A stretch of DNA of 57,964 nucleotides, counting the filler, from Catajapyx aquilonaris (lineage: Eukaryota): the NCBI GenBank assembly GCA_000934665.2. It is 3 parts of 3 records of this genome, joined end to end, with 100 filler letters (N's around TTAATTAATTAA, not from the genome) between each part and the next. Parts side by side here need not be neighbours in the genome. Positions count along the whole stretch, not along the records: positions 19,456 to 38,645 come from JYFJ02006517.1; 2 more parts are not named here. One strand, written 5' to 3'. A model generated the notes under the pieces. The model was not told the origin of the DNA. It saw only the letters and a program-made list of their open reading frames with translations, and ran no database searches. Position numbers and translations under genes: made by a program. Position 1 is the stretch's first letter, and the number at the start of each line of letters is the position of its first letter. This document shows positions 24,741-35,800 of the stretch, piece after piece.

Positions 24741-25170
24741 ACTCTCCACCCGTGCATGCGGCCTGTAGAGAGAGAAAAACAATAACCTTTCGCACACTAA
24801 CGCCACCTGTCGGCCGAACTTTCGGTGAGCCAGCCCCATTGCACAATATGGCTGAAACTTGATATGCAATGATGAGTTGGGAAAGGGTTTTCACCAAGAT
24901 CCGAGACGGTCTAGCAACATTTAGGCCCATAGATTCGGAATGACTCCTAGTAAACCATTCCAAACTTTAAAACGATATATCTCAGAAACTGCATGACAGC
25001 ACAGTGTGAATTTGGAATCAGCAGCAAAAAACCTGATAGAAACACACATTATTATCCGAGAAAAAATACCCTTGTCAAACAGTGTAATAAGTTGCTTATG
25101 TGGCAAGAAATTTTTAACCACTATAGACATTTCACTTGGAACACGCTGTATAATGATCTGATCTTTACAG

Positions 25171-25230
25171 AGTTCCGCAGTGGCCGGTCGCCCATTCTGG
25201 TTGCTACTGATGTTGCAGCTCGAGGCTTAG
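25171..25230 (+). CDS. DDX5: 60 bp internal exon of the same p68-family helicase (motif V)
   Basis: CTTTACAG acceptor; (E)FRSGRSPILVATDVAARGL; donor G|GTGAGC at 25231; frame-compatible with the exon ending at 20069. Confidence 0.95.
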   Translation, partial: SSAVAGRPFWLLLMLQLEA

Positions 25231-25561
25231 GTGAGCATTTCATTTTAACCAGGTTTTTGTTTCAATTATATAGTGGATTGCAGGTAATATTCTCCTTGTT
25301 ATGGACAGAAAGGTAGTTTGTGGTCTGTGGATTTTAGTTGGGCCTTATTAAGACACCTGAGTGTAGGAGTCAAGTAGTAGCTAGCTTGGTGGAATTTCAC
25401 TATCAACTTGCATTACACTTTCATATATATTAGCTTATGATAGGATAGGAAGTTCCTGACCAGGCTGGCAACAGTGTGATAGCAGTGTGGTAGCAGTGTT
25501 AAGTTGAAGTACACTTCACCCTGCAACTGCCTAACATGAACATGACAGTACCTATAACTTA

Positions 25562-25788
25562 TAGGGTGTTCCAAGTTCATGAGTCGTTTTTAGTTATCAC
25601 TGATATCGCCTGAAGTAGTTCTTTTCATGTAGCTTGTTGTACCCCGATCCAGGTGCCTCGGTACTATCAGGTATAGCAGTGGCTATAGAATAGGGCGCCT
25701 GCTTAGGGGTGCAACAAGCTACAAAAAAATAACGGCTTCGAGCGAAATTTCCTACACCTAAAAGGCCCTTCGAATTTGGAACACCCTG
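25562..25788. mobile_element. Older palindromic CAGGGTG-family MITE
   Basis: TA|TAGGGTGTTCCAAGTTC ... GAATTTGGAACACCCTG|TA; internal TGTAGCTTGTTG / CAACAAGCTACA pair. Confidence 0.7.
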
Positions 25789-27815
25789 TATATGCGTATG
25801 GTCACAGTAGAGTGCAACCTGTATACAGTGGAATCACTTAGTTCTGCAAAAATGGTATAATTATATGAACATTTCTGTGGTATCAAACACCACTGAACTA
25901 GAAAAAAATGTTACAGAGCATGACAAGTCTCTGAATTGGTGTCCCCAAGTCTGGACATTTTTTAAACACCAAATTTGTGAAATGTACTGCCAACTTTTCG
26001 CCAAAAATTGTAATTTATTTTGTGCACATGTCATGTGCTTTTATTTTGGTTCAGCAAGTATGTTAAACAGCCTTTAATGCAGTACTTGCCCAACACCAGT
26101 GAAGTTTGCCTAGCACGAAAATCATCTGCATGTAGATGTTACAAATACGGATTACTTGAGAATGAATCATGTTTTAATCACACAACTTATATGCTAATGA
26201 GCCACATGGGCGAGCAATGTTGGGGCGAGACATCAAGGTATTTGTGAGTGGAACAAGAAGAATAGGACAATATTTATGCAGTATGCTGCATGGCAGTGGG
26301 GTTCCCCCAGAGTAGTGTCATGCCACAATGTTTGCCCACAGTTACTCTCCAGTTCACATAAGATTGAACCTTTGCCTGTACGAAAGAAAAGGGATAATCC
26401 GGGAGTAAGCTATACGTTGGAAATTTTGATTTAGACTGTACTCGCCAGAAGGCCAACAGCTATGGCTTTTACACGGTGTACACGGTAGCCTGTTTCAGGG
26501 GCGTAACTACCATAGTAAAAGGGCTCCCACGAATTCTCCAATGAGTTTTAGAAAAAATTGGAGGAAACCCACACACCCATAATATGTCGTATGCCTCTAA
26601 CCCATATAAATCGGGTTCGATCCAATCGATTCGGGGTCTCACTATCACTGTGAGACTCTCGCAATCCCAGTGCCAGTAATCAGTGTGGCAGAAAAACACA
26701 GAAATGAGAAATCATCACAGTAATAGTCATAGTCTACTGCATATACTTATGATATATCATGACCACTTGGCCACCTGGGGCAAAGCTCGGGGCGCCGACC
26801 TAAAGTACGTGAGATCGGGCAAGGAAGGTTAAGGCAATGGACATTTTTTCTGAAGAAGAGGCACGAAAAAACCTCTGTAAAGTGACAGCTTCCTCAGTGA
26901 GTAGACCCATGTATTTTTATCCCATTACTCCATTATCCTTTTATAGTATTCTGATGCAGTAGAATCCCAATTTTCCGACCTTGGATTATACTCCTCGGTT
27001 TATGTCCGGATATTATGCCGTTGTAATAAATACTATAGAATGATGGAATATTCAGTTTGTACTAGTTTGATGTAGAACGATCCACATCAGGAGGCTTAAT
27101 TCTGCTCCAGAAATAAATATGGCTATAGTTTTCTCATCAAATACTGTAATGTACAAATACTACACATTTGCTTCGTATTGCCTTAGTTAAGGTAGGTGCC
27201 CCAGTGGTGGTCCCGTTAAGGAAAAAAATTCACATAGGACACACTATGCAGGGGAATTAGTGTAAGACATCCTCGAAAAGCCTATCGTTCGAATCTTCGA
27301 AACTTGCTCTTTCATCCAGTGCGTATTCGCGCCACATTTAACAGGTTAGTTTTGCATAAAAAACAATTTGTATGGAAGTGTGCACATGCCACAGTTCTGG
27401 ATCACTAAAATGACGACTGCCCCAGTTGTGGCACCCACACATGCCCCATTTCTGTGACACCCTCTGTATACCATATTTACTAGGGTTGTGTGAATATCAT
27501 CAGGGAAGGGTAACTTTTATCCAGTTTGACCACAGTCTTTGTCATCCACAGTTCTCTATGTCCTACGTAGTCCTATCCTACATCCGTCCTACATAGTCCT
27601 ATCCACAGCCCTTTTTTCATCATGACCATATTCACAACCTTTCCTCGACTTGGCGACCTGCATGACGAGCGCCGCCCCCCCCCCTCCCCACCCCCCCCNC
27701 CCCCCATTTTTCGTTACAAAAACCTTCAACCAGGTACAATGCTTACCTAGATTTGAGATGGAGTCCCCCTCCAAAAAAATTTCTATGCCTTAATTTTTTC
27801 ATCTTTTTTTAAATA

Positions 27816-28926
27816 CCGTCAAGCGGGGTTACTTAGGCCGGGTGGGTAACTTAAGCCATTTTGCTGCGTAAATTTCGGACACTGATTTTGGCAACACTGT
27901 TTTGAGTTGAAATGTTATTTTTTATGACACAAGTTCCATATTTAAGTGCAGTTTTGGACTGCATATTTGAATGTTGTGTTTGTGTCATAGGGAACTTTGT
28001 AAAATCTTAATTATGTTTAGGATAATTGCATCATAAATTTATACCCTACGTAACTTTCATCGCCAACATCTTCTGTTTGAATTTAATTCGCTATAAAGAT
28101 GATGAAACATAACCTGAAACAGTCCTTTTAAGGTAGGTATACTGCATAGCTTAAATTTCCATTTTGGTGTCAATATATACTTAAAAATTAATTGTTGCGT
28201 CATGTAGGGGGTAACATAGGCCACCTGGCCACGTAGTTCCAAGTCTGGCAGGAAGTGGGGGGATTAGCTTCTGGGGGTCAGGAGTAGGGCTGTGCGATAT
28301 TTCGATACATCGCCTGTCGATACGATATTTTCCTAATATCGATATCCGACGCTTGGCGTGTGCGATGTATCGAATATCGCGATGTCAGTTTGCGATATTT
28401 TTCGATGTCGGTTTTCGATATATCGACTTCGATTCGATATTTTTTCGGATATCGCATAGCCCTAGTAGTTGCCTAGTTGGGAGCATTGTTGATGATGAAA
28501 TGTATGTTCACATATCAGCAATATTGTTTGTTCTGTACAGCCGGTGAGCATAAAGAGAGGCCGCCATACTTTCCCTTATATTGAACTGAAATTTTGAATA
28601 ATAAATTTCTGGAGCAATATGCAAATGTTTATTTTCGCCCTGTGAACGGACTTTGTTACCGTGTCATCGTCTAACATAAGCGAAACACTGATTTCTTCCT
28701 GCTGGCTTAAGTTACCCCATATGGGGGGGGGGGGGGGTAACTTAAGCCACCCCTTCTTTTTTTTGTTGTTTTTATCATACATGTTGTAGGAAACTTTCAT
28801 CCATGTATACGTCGACTGTAACTGTAGACCCATGTTTTACAACAATTAGTTAATTTCTAAAGTCAATGCTCTTAAATTGGCAGATGTCTGAAATTGAAAA
28901 GTGGCTTAAGTAACCCCGCTTGACGG
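27816..28926. mobile_element. pogo-like non-autonomous element
   Basis: TA|CCGTCAAGCGGGGTTACTTA ... TAAGTAACCCCGCTTGACGG|TA; internal repeats of GGTAACTTAAGCCA. Confidence 0.85.
28285..28464. mobile_element. hAT-like MITE rich in TCGAT/CGATA, nested in the pogo-like element
   Basis: TAGGGCTGTGCGATA ... TATCGCATAGCCCTA; TSD not recognisable. Confidence 0.75.
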
Positions 28927-29685
28927 TATTATAAGTTAAAGGTTATTTTCCTAGCCTTCCTCGCGCCCCAATTTTGGGTCACGACCCCTAGGTTAGGAAC
29001 CAGTTTTACATCACGAAACTTTGACTGCGCCGTACCAGGGATTACTTAGCTTAGGGATACGAAAGTGCACCGTTTTCCCGTAAGGAGGGCCGCAGTTCCG
29101 GTTCGCAAGAGCACTCTGGCGGCCGGATGGATGAACTAGATTAACAACTGACGATCGGGCTGACAACGTATTCATATGAATACAGTAGCCTACTGAAATG
29201 CCTATTAATGCTATTATTGATGCAAAATTATGCGCAGATATCATTATTTATTACCAATATTCGACGAAACCAGAGTGATTCATGGGATGACATGGCCTGG
29301 TGGGTCTGAAATGTGTACATAGGAAGGATAGACTTGTTTCAATTAGCCCATGCTTTATTTGCACAATCCATCCATAAGTTGAGAAATGTAACCCTGAAAT
29401 ACATTAAAATATACGGAATATATCTAGGAATATCTACCTTATATTAATATAAAGTAAGCAATCCCTGAGGAGGGTGGAACTGGCGTAATGTAACCACTAA
29501 CCACGGATGGAACGATTTGTGGTACCCGCCCGGTTCCGGAATAGCGAGGCCACTGTTTGGGTCGGTTCGGGCTGGTTCGGGTGAAACCGGCAGAAGTCCG
29601 TAGTTAGACAGTTACAGTTTACATTTGCATCCACCCCCTAAGAGGGCCTGTCAGCCCTAGCACAAGGTGTATATATATATACACA

Positions 29686-30109
29686 CAGGGTGTATCTGAA
29701 CTCAGTGCCCCGACGTATATGACTGCCTTCCTAGCCACCAGAGGATCGATTTAAGTATAGGAGTCATTATGTCTGGGCAGCCTCATTACTGAGATACACT
29801 CTTTAGCGATTTTTGCCTAATCGCTCCTTCTGATTTTTAAATAGAATTTTCTGGTGTAACTAGCCAAAGAGGCCTTACCACCTGTGGGCAACAAACCAAC
29901 AAAGTCCCGCCCCCAGACCTTCCAGAGCCTTCTGACTGGGGGAGGGTTCGATGGGTGGCCTAACCGACAGGATATTTTGTACTACATGTTGCGGCCAATT
30001 ATCTCCGTAATGAGTCTGCCCAAACATATGACTCCTATACTTAAATCGATCCTCTGGTGGCTAGGAAGGCAGTCATATACGTCGGGGCACTGAGTTCAGA
30101 TACACCCTG
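29686..30109. mobile_element. CAGGGTG-family MITE with ~110 bp TIRs inserted in a TA tract
   Basis: CAGGGTGTATCTGAACTCAGTGCCCCGACGTATATGACTGCCTTCCTAGCCACCAGAGGATCG... and its exact reverse complement. Confidence 0.9.
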
Positions 30110-30240
30110 TATATATATTGCACCAATGGCTTCTCGGGTCTCGGGAGGATATAAGTTGTGTGATTAACCCTTCCGTTGCCGCCATAAGGATATTTTCGCC
30201 AGTGGGGTTTAATTATATTTACAACCCTGGCTTTGTCATT

Positions 30241-30602
30241 GGCCACATGTCGATGAGCCAGCCGTGACCCAGTGCTACACACTGAATCACATAAGTGTGA
30301 ACCTTTTTGGGCACCCATACGCCCAAGGGGTCAGTGAGCCGCTGCACTGCAAAATTAGTCCCTGGTATCTCTGGCTTTCTCGAAGATACAGTGCTGGTAC
30401 ATGTAATTCGAATGCCTAATTATCATGGGCAGCCCATGCGGAAGCTGCAGCGATACACAAACTGAACATTTTGTTGTGAAGAGCGGTAGGGCCCGGCATG
30501 TTGGACACTACTTTCGGGCGGTTCACTGACCCCTCGGGCGTATGCATATCGAAAAAGGTTCACTCTTATGTGAATCGGAGAGTAGCTGTTGACAAGTGGC
30601 CA
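30241..30602. mobile_element. Degenerate fold-back element
   Basis: CACATAAGTGTGAACCTTTTT...CATACGCCCAAGGGGTCAGTGAGCCGC mirrored at ~30518-30575; true ends uncertain. Confidence 0.6.
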
Positions 30603-30937
30603 TAGGGCGACATTTATTGCATTTTTTCATAACTTCCTCCCATGAATCATCTGTAACACGCCAAATTCAAAGTCCAGGTATGTTACATCTGTGTTTCATA
30701 GTCGTTCACTATCGGCCCAATGAGTGTCAAAAAAATGCATGACCATTCATTACAATTTAGGAAGTAAATAGCGAAATTTAGAAACTACGCCATTAAGTTA
30801 ATTGCTGTTATCTACATGGTGTTTGGAAAGTACCTCCCTATGAGAAACATTTAATAACTTTGTCAAATATTGCTCAATTGTCATGAAACAAGTTTTATTT
30901 TGTATTTTGAAATTGGAGAATTTGTCTGCGAACTTAA

Positions 30938-32055
30938 AGGGACACTCCACTCAAAATACAAGTTGTGTTCTAAAAATCGGGCAAGAAACCCTGATTCCGA
31001 GGGTATAAGCAATTTTTCTGAGAGGCGAACCATAAGGCCAGGGCGAGAGGTCAGATTCGTAAAATAATAGTCTCTCGCCAGAGAGTGGAGACACCTGGCA
31101 GGCAAGCAATCGCCTCGTGGCGGCCAGACGGCAAACCACACATACGTAGCTATTTTCTAGCACTACTAGCAGCTACAAGTAAGTGCTAATGACAAGTCTC
31201 TAGCCTAGGCCAGTGCATGCCACACCTAATTGTCTAACAACAAAATGACTAATGTTGTAGCCTGGCAGACACCAATAGTCCTTCATATGGGAATTAGTCA
31301 TTGAAATAGAGCCATCTTCTGGGCCCCAACACATATTAGCTGCTATTCTGAAACGCGTCGCGGTTATTCTAAGATGGCGCCGCCCAGTGAGTCTGTTCTG
31401 GGACGGAATGTAATGGAAAAGAGTCCGGCTCTTGGCGCTGCTGCTGCGATGGAGGGTGCCCAGGATGGACATGGCCAGGAGGGACCAGGCGGCCCCCAAT
31501 CCACTGCGCATGGCCTCCTACCCTATCAGTTGGAGCCACTGCTGGTGCGGATGACCAACATACTGATGTCGGCATTGATGAGTTCGTTGGGCGGCACCGT
31601 AAATGCCGTACTTCGAACGATGATTATGACGAGGACAGACGCGTCATGTTCTGTCGCCTGTCAGGCAGGCTCATTGTTATTTGGATATGCGGAGTATAAA
31701 CAGATGTTGGTGTCCCATCTGGTTTCACTTTGCACTCCTCAACCACTCACGTGGGCCAAAGTCACACTTCCGTGCGAAGATGACATCACCACTAATCTTC
31801 TGGGTCGGTGGAAAGGTAGAGCCTCAGCCGTTTCAAATCCGCGCCTACCGGTGTCTAGTTCTGCCCTCAACTACCCTCAGAGGGTGGCGTCGCCACCTGC
31901 ACCGGGCCCGTTTGAGCGCGGTTTTCGAAAGACACACTTCAAGCTTTCGCCCTGGCCTTACCATTCGTCTCTCAGAAAAACAGCTTATACCCTCGGAGTC
32001 AGGATTTTTTGCCCGATTTTTAGAGCCCAACTTGTATTTTGAGTGGAGTGTCCCT
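30938..32055. mobile_element. Kolobok-like non-autonomous element
   Basis: TTAA|AGGGACACTCCACTCAAAATACAAGTTG ... CAACTTGTATTTTGAGTGGAGTGTCCCT|TTAA; ~110 bp imperfect TIRs; AGG terminus with TTAA TSD. Confidence 0.85.
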
Positions 32056-32159
32056 TTAAAATTTCACATAAGAACCAGAGTTTCCCGTCAATTTCTGTAG
32101 GAGATTCGGTATGCACATGACAGACTTATATGGACATAATCCTGCGGTACCTTGCCCAG

Positions 32160-32519
32160 CACATCTCGAATGCTCTCTCAAGTTGTTCCAAATTTTGCGG
32201 TTTGGTGCGGTACACGCCCTCCTTTGCCCAACCTCGCTAGAAAAAGTCCTAGTGCTTAAGGTCAGGACTTTGTGTTGGCCATTATTCTGGACCACCCTAC
32301 AACCTGGCAGTTGTTTATCCAGCTGCACAGTCAATACAAATTATGCGGGTGCATCATCTTGCATGAAGATATGGTTGAAGTTATCCCATTGTGTGATGAT
32401 CGGCCATACCTGACCATGCAGCATGGAAAGATACAGCTCTCCATTCATCGTATTTCGAAGGAGGAAGGGGCCAGGAAGTGGCAAGAGCAACTCCCACGCA
32501 AGCTAAGGCGATGCGCCAT
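32160..32519 (-). pseudogene. Tc1/mariner DDD transposase remnant
   Basis: GPFLLRNTMNGELYLSML...IFMQDDAPA, then WPTQSPDLKH*DFF*RGWAKEGVYRTKPQNLEQL (FQQDGAPxH and WPxxSPDLxxxDFFLWG motifs); stops and frameshifts; N-terminal half deleted after MAHRLS. Confidence 0.85.
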
Positions 32520-32924
32520 TTTGGCTGATTGCATGACTGATCCTGCCATCTGGTGGGCAGCCGTTTTAATTATCCCATTGCAAGTTACAAAATAAAACTT
32601 GTTTCATGAAAATCGAACATTATTTGACAAAGTTATAACATGTTTCTAATACAGAGTTACTTTCATATAAGTCTGTTGCGTGCATACCGAATCACCTAAA
32701 GAAATTGACGGGAAACTCTGGTTCCTATGTGAAATTCAAGTTCGCAGACAAATTCTCAAGTTACAAAATAAAACTTGTTTCATGACAATCGAGCAATATT
32801 TGACAAAGTTATTACATGATTACAATAGGGAGTTACTTTCCTACCACCCTGTATATCAAAGATGGCTGCCATGTCATTGGGCTTTTTCTAATTACTAGAG
32901 TCCGGATTTTTAGGCAAATGCATA

Positions 32925-33176
32925 ATTGAGTGGCTGAGAAGCAAAGTGGTTCATGTCGAAAAAGATAGTTTTGAGATAAACGCATGCAAAGTTCAAGGCT
33001 TGCATTGCAGCCAATGTAAAAGTAAGTCACATTAACTTAATTATTTCATTAGCAAATATTACAAACGTCTTCAAGCCAAGTTACAAAATAGAGTTGGGCA
33101 AGGGGAATGTGATGCAAGCGACAACTCAAAATTGCCGAATTTCGACATGAACCACTTTGCTTCTCAGCCACTCAAT
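32925..33176. mobile_element. TA-flanked MITE with 37 bp perfect TIRs
   Basis: TA|ATTGAGTGGCTGAGAAGCAAAGTGGTTCATGTCGAAA ... TTTCGACATGAACCACTTTGCTTCTCAGCCACTCAAT|TA. Confidence 0.85.
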
Positions 33177-33258
33177 TAGTTCCTTTACAGTTGGGATCGT
33201 TTTGTGAAGAGTTCTATCTGTTTCATAAGTGCAGGATGTGGAAAATGTAGGTTTTATA

Positions 33259-34205
33259 CAGGGTTGGGCAAAATGTATGGCCTGATTTGAATCACGTGGT
33301 ACGGCGGTGCTGTTTGAGCATGCAAGGGATATGGGCATGTGCTGGAGCAAGGAAGGTTTGCCATTTGCAAAAATGGTGTCTTGGTCTGCAAAGCACCGTG
33401 CAGTCATCATGGAGATTTATTTTTAAAATAATGACTCCACCAGAGCTGTGCGAAGGATCTTTCTTCACCATTTTGGGCTGGGACGTCAGAACCAAGTCCC
33501 CGACCATCAGGCAATCATAAGGGGGGTGAAGCAGTTCCAAGGCACAGCATCAGAAACCAAAAAAGCACTGGACATCCAAGGACATAGCCGACCCTCCCAA
33601 GATGTCCACAATGCACTCCTCCGAAGTCCTTGGTGATCAGCAGTTAGGCACGCCTTGGCACTATGAATGTTGGCACACTCCCTGTGCTACATCATCCATG
33701 ATGTCCTGCACTTATATCTTTACAAGATCAAGCTGTGCAACAATTGAAAGCAAGGGACAAAGTGGCCCGAAGAACCTTTTTGGACGCTTGGAACGGCCAA
33801 TAGTTCAGGAATTCGGAGTTGTGCGTTGAATACCCTTTGGGTGGGGGTCCGTTGTGTCCTAGAATAGCACTGTCCAAGGACTCCTTGGACAGTGCTATTC
33901 TGGTCCAGGCATGATGATGTGTTCAGGAATTGCTTCACCCACCTTATGTTTGTCTGGTGGTTGATAACTTCGTCCTGATATCCCAGTTCAAAATGGCTAA
34001 GAAATATCCTTCGTAGAGCTATGGGGAACTCGTTAATTTTAAAATAAGTCTCCACAAAGAATGCACAGTGCTCTGGCGACCACGACACCATTTTTGCAAA
34101 TGGCAAACCTTCCCCACTCCAGCACATGCCAATATCCCCTGAATGCTCAAACAGCATCATAGTACCACGTGATTCAAATCAGGCCATACATTTTGCCCAA
34201 CCCTG
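33259..34205. mobile_element. Fold-back element made of two opposed 5' ends of a Tc1/mariner (DUF4817-type HTH) transposon
   Basis: 44 bp identical termini TA|CAGGGTTGGGCAAAATG...; both arms read inward MVSWSxxHxA..ExYF..N....RRIFLxHF.LG (ATG at 33373 on +, 34091 on -). Confidence 0.85.
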
Positions 34206-34963
34206 TATAGTGCCTAAAATGGCCTATTTCGTGGTTTTGGGGACTATTTTGCCTATTCTGGCTTTTTGCGACTGTTCATGCCTATTTGGCCTTTTTTGAG
34301 ATAGTTTTGGAACTTTGCAGCAATTTAGGGACTTTTTGGGCCTATATTCCAGACCTATTCCTTCAGAGGCATGTTTGGTTTCTTGAGGAGTATTTTTTGT
34401 GCTCCTGAAAGGACCAAAATCGTTCAGAAGTAAAACGAATCATGTATCCGTGACATGTATGCCAAATAGTTTTATAAATATTCCTCTGATTAAAAAATAT
34501 TTGGCAACATATTGTGCAAGTCTGGTGCAAGTCTGGTGCAAGTGGAAACTGGCTATAAGTGGTAGAGTCCAGAGCAAGTGATAATTGCTTGCACTTTGTG
34601 TCTTTTGCCCAAGTTTTGTAATTTTCTGCCAGGTTATCGTTGTTATTCAATTTTGATGTGAATACGTCTTTAAAATCGGGTCGTATAGAGGGGGGAGAAA
34701 CTCGAGCGTTACAGAAAAGCGTTACAGTCAGGGCCCTGTCAGGGGGCCCATGGCGGGGGCATGCAGGGAAATTCTTAGGAGGGTCACCATGAGTGTCCAG
34801 ACTTTAGGGTCACCATGCACGTGCCCAGACTTCAATACTGATAATAAGCAATCAATTCACTCCCTCCAACACTGATCCGATTTTGAAGACGTATTCACGT
34901 CAAAAGCTGCGGCTTGTGTTCCCGACACAACCTAATGTTATTTGCTCTGGTTTGCGACCTTAT

Positions 34964-35800
34964 CCCTAAGAAGACGGGCGTCACATATGCTGTGACAGTG
35001 GCTTTAAAAAATTCTGCTGGTGAAACTATAGCGTTTTCCCACTATGTAACATGGTTTCTGGGTGGCTTTTTTAAATTTTCTCGCGCGTAAAAAATGGCGA
35101 GTTTTGGACTACAAAATCGTGCATAAATAAACCAGATTAACCAAATTAACTTGAATGAAATCATCTTTTTGCGGCCGCTGAAAAAAAGCTTTAAAAAAAA
35201 CCACATTGACCTGCAAATTTTTGGCGTACATAGTTGCCCCCAAACCTCCTCGAGAGATTCCACCCTAAAATTTGTGCAAAAGATGATTCAATAGTTTTAA
35301 AATAAATAAATAATATTCGTAAATGCTAATTATCAGCTGCCCCAGCGTCTGCGCACTTCAACCCCGGCCTCTGCATGACTCGAGGGGGCTTGCTCCCGTG
35401 GCTTTTGAATAGCTGTGGCTCAGGGATGTTGATATACTCGTGAGTGTTTATCAACACAGCTCCCTTGACAGGGCTGTGCCATAATTCAAGCTATGTGTTT
35501 ATGTACGGCTGTGTTCAGTGCTGCCAAGGCTACATACCGATAATTGTTTGTCAAGCAGGCAGAGTGACAAAAAATTGGAGTAGGCGCGAAACAGACGCCT
35601 TTGCGCCATCTCGTTGTACATATGAGAGTTTCCACTGCGTACGCATGGGAGGAGGGCCACGTAGATGGCCTCAGGATCAAGCCTGGACACTATATGACCG
35701 GATTCACTAGTGTTTTGAAGTCCCGTCCCCCAAATCCCAAAAAAGCGAATTTTTTTGCAGATACTTGCGAAAACGCGAAAAACCACCCGTCTTATTAGGG
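34964..35800. mobile_element. piggyBac-like non-autonomous element nested in the hAT element
   Basis: TTAT|CCCTAAGAAGACGGG ... CCCGTCTTATTAGGG|TTAA; subterminal GTCAC...GTGAC hairpin. Confidence 0.65.

Larger units (their letters stand above)
30815..32851 (-). mobile_element. Internally deleted long-TIR Tc1/mariner (rosa/DD41D-like) element
   Basis: ~200 bp imperfect TIRs (left one split by the Kolobok-like insert), TA flanks, duplicated TIR block at 32581/32758, transposase remnant inside. Confidence 0.85.

Noticed and set aside
26605..26670. tRNA or SINE suggested by GGTTCGATCC
   Set aside because: No A box or cloverleaf around the B-box-like motif
26848..26872. Hammerhead-like CTGAAGA...GAAA
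   Set aside because: Stem II does not pair, and no stems I/III or cleavage triplet were found
29011..29130. Second THAP-like fragment on the minus strand (GKTVHFRIPK...W)
   Set aside because: Zinc-ligand pattern not recoverable in frame; too weak to call
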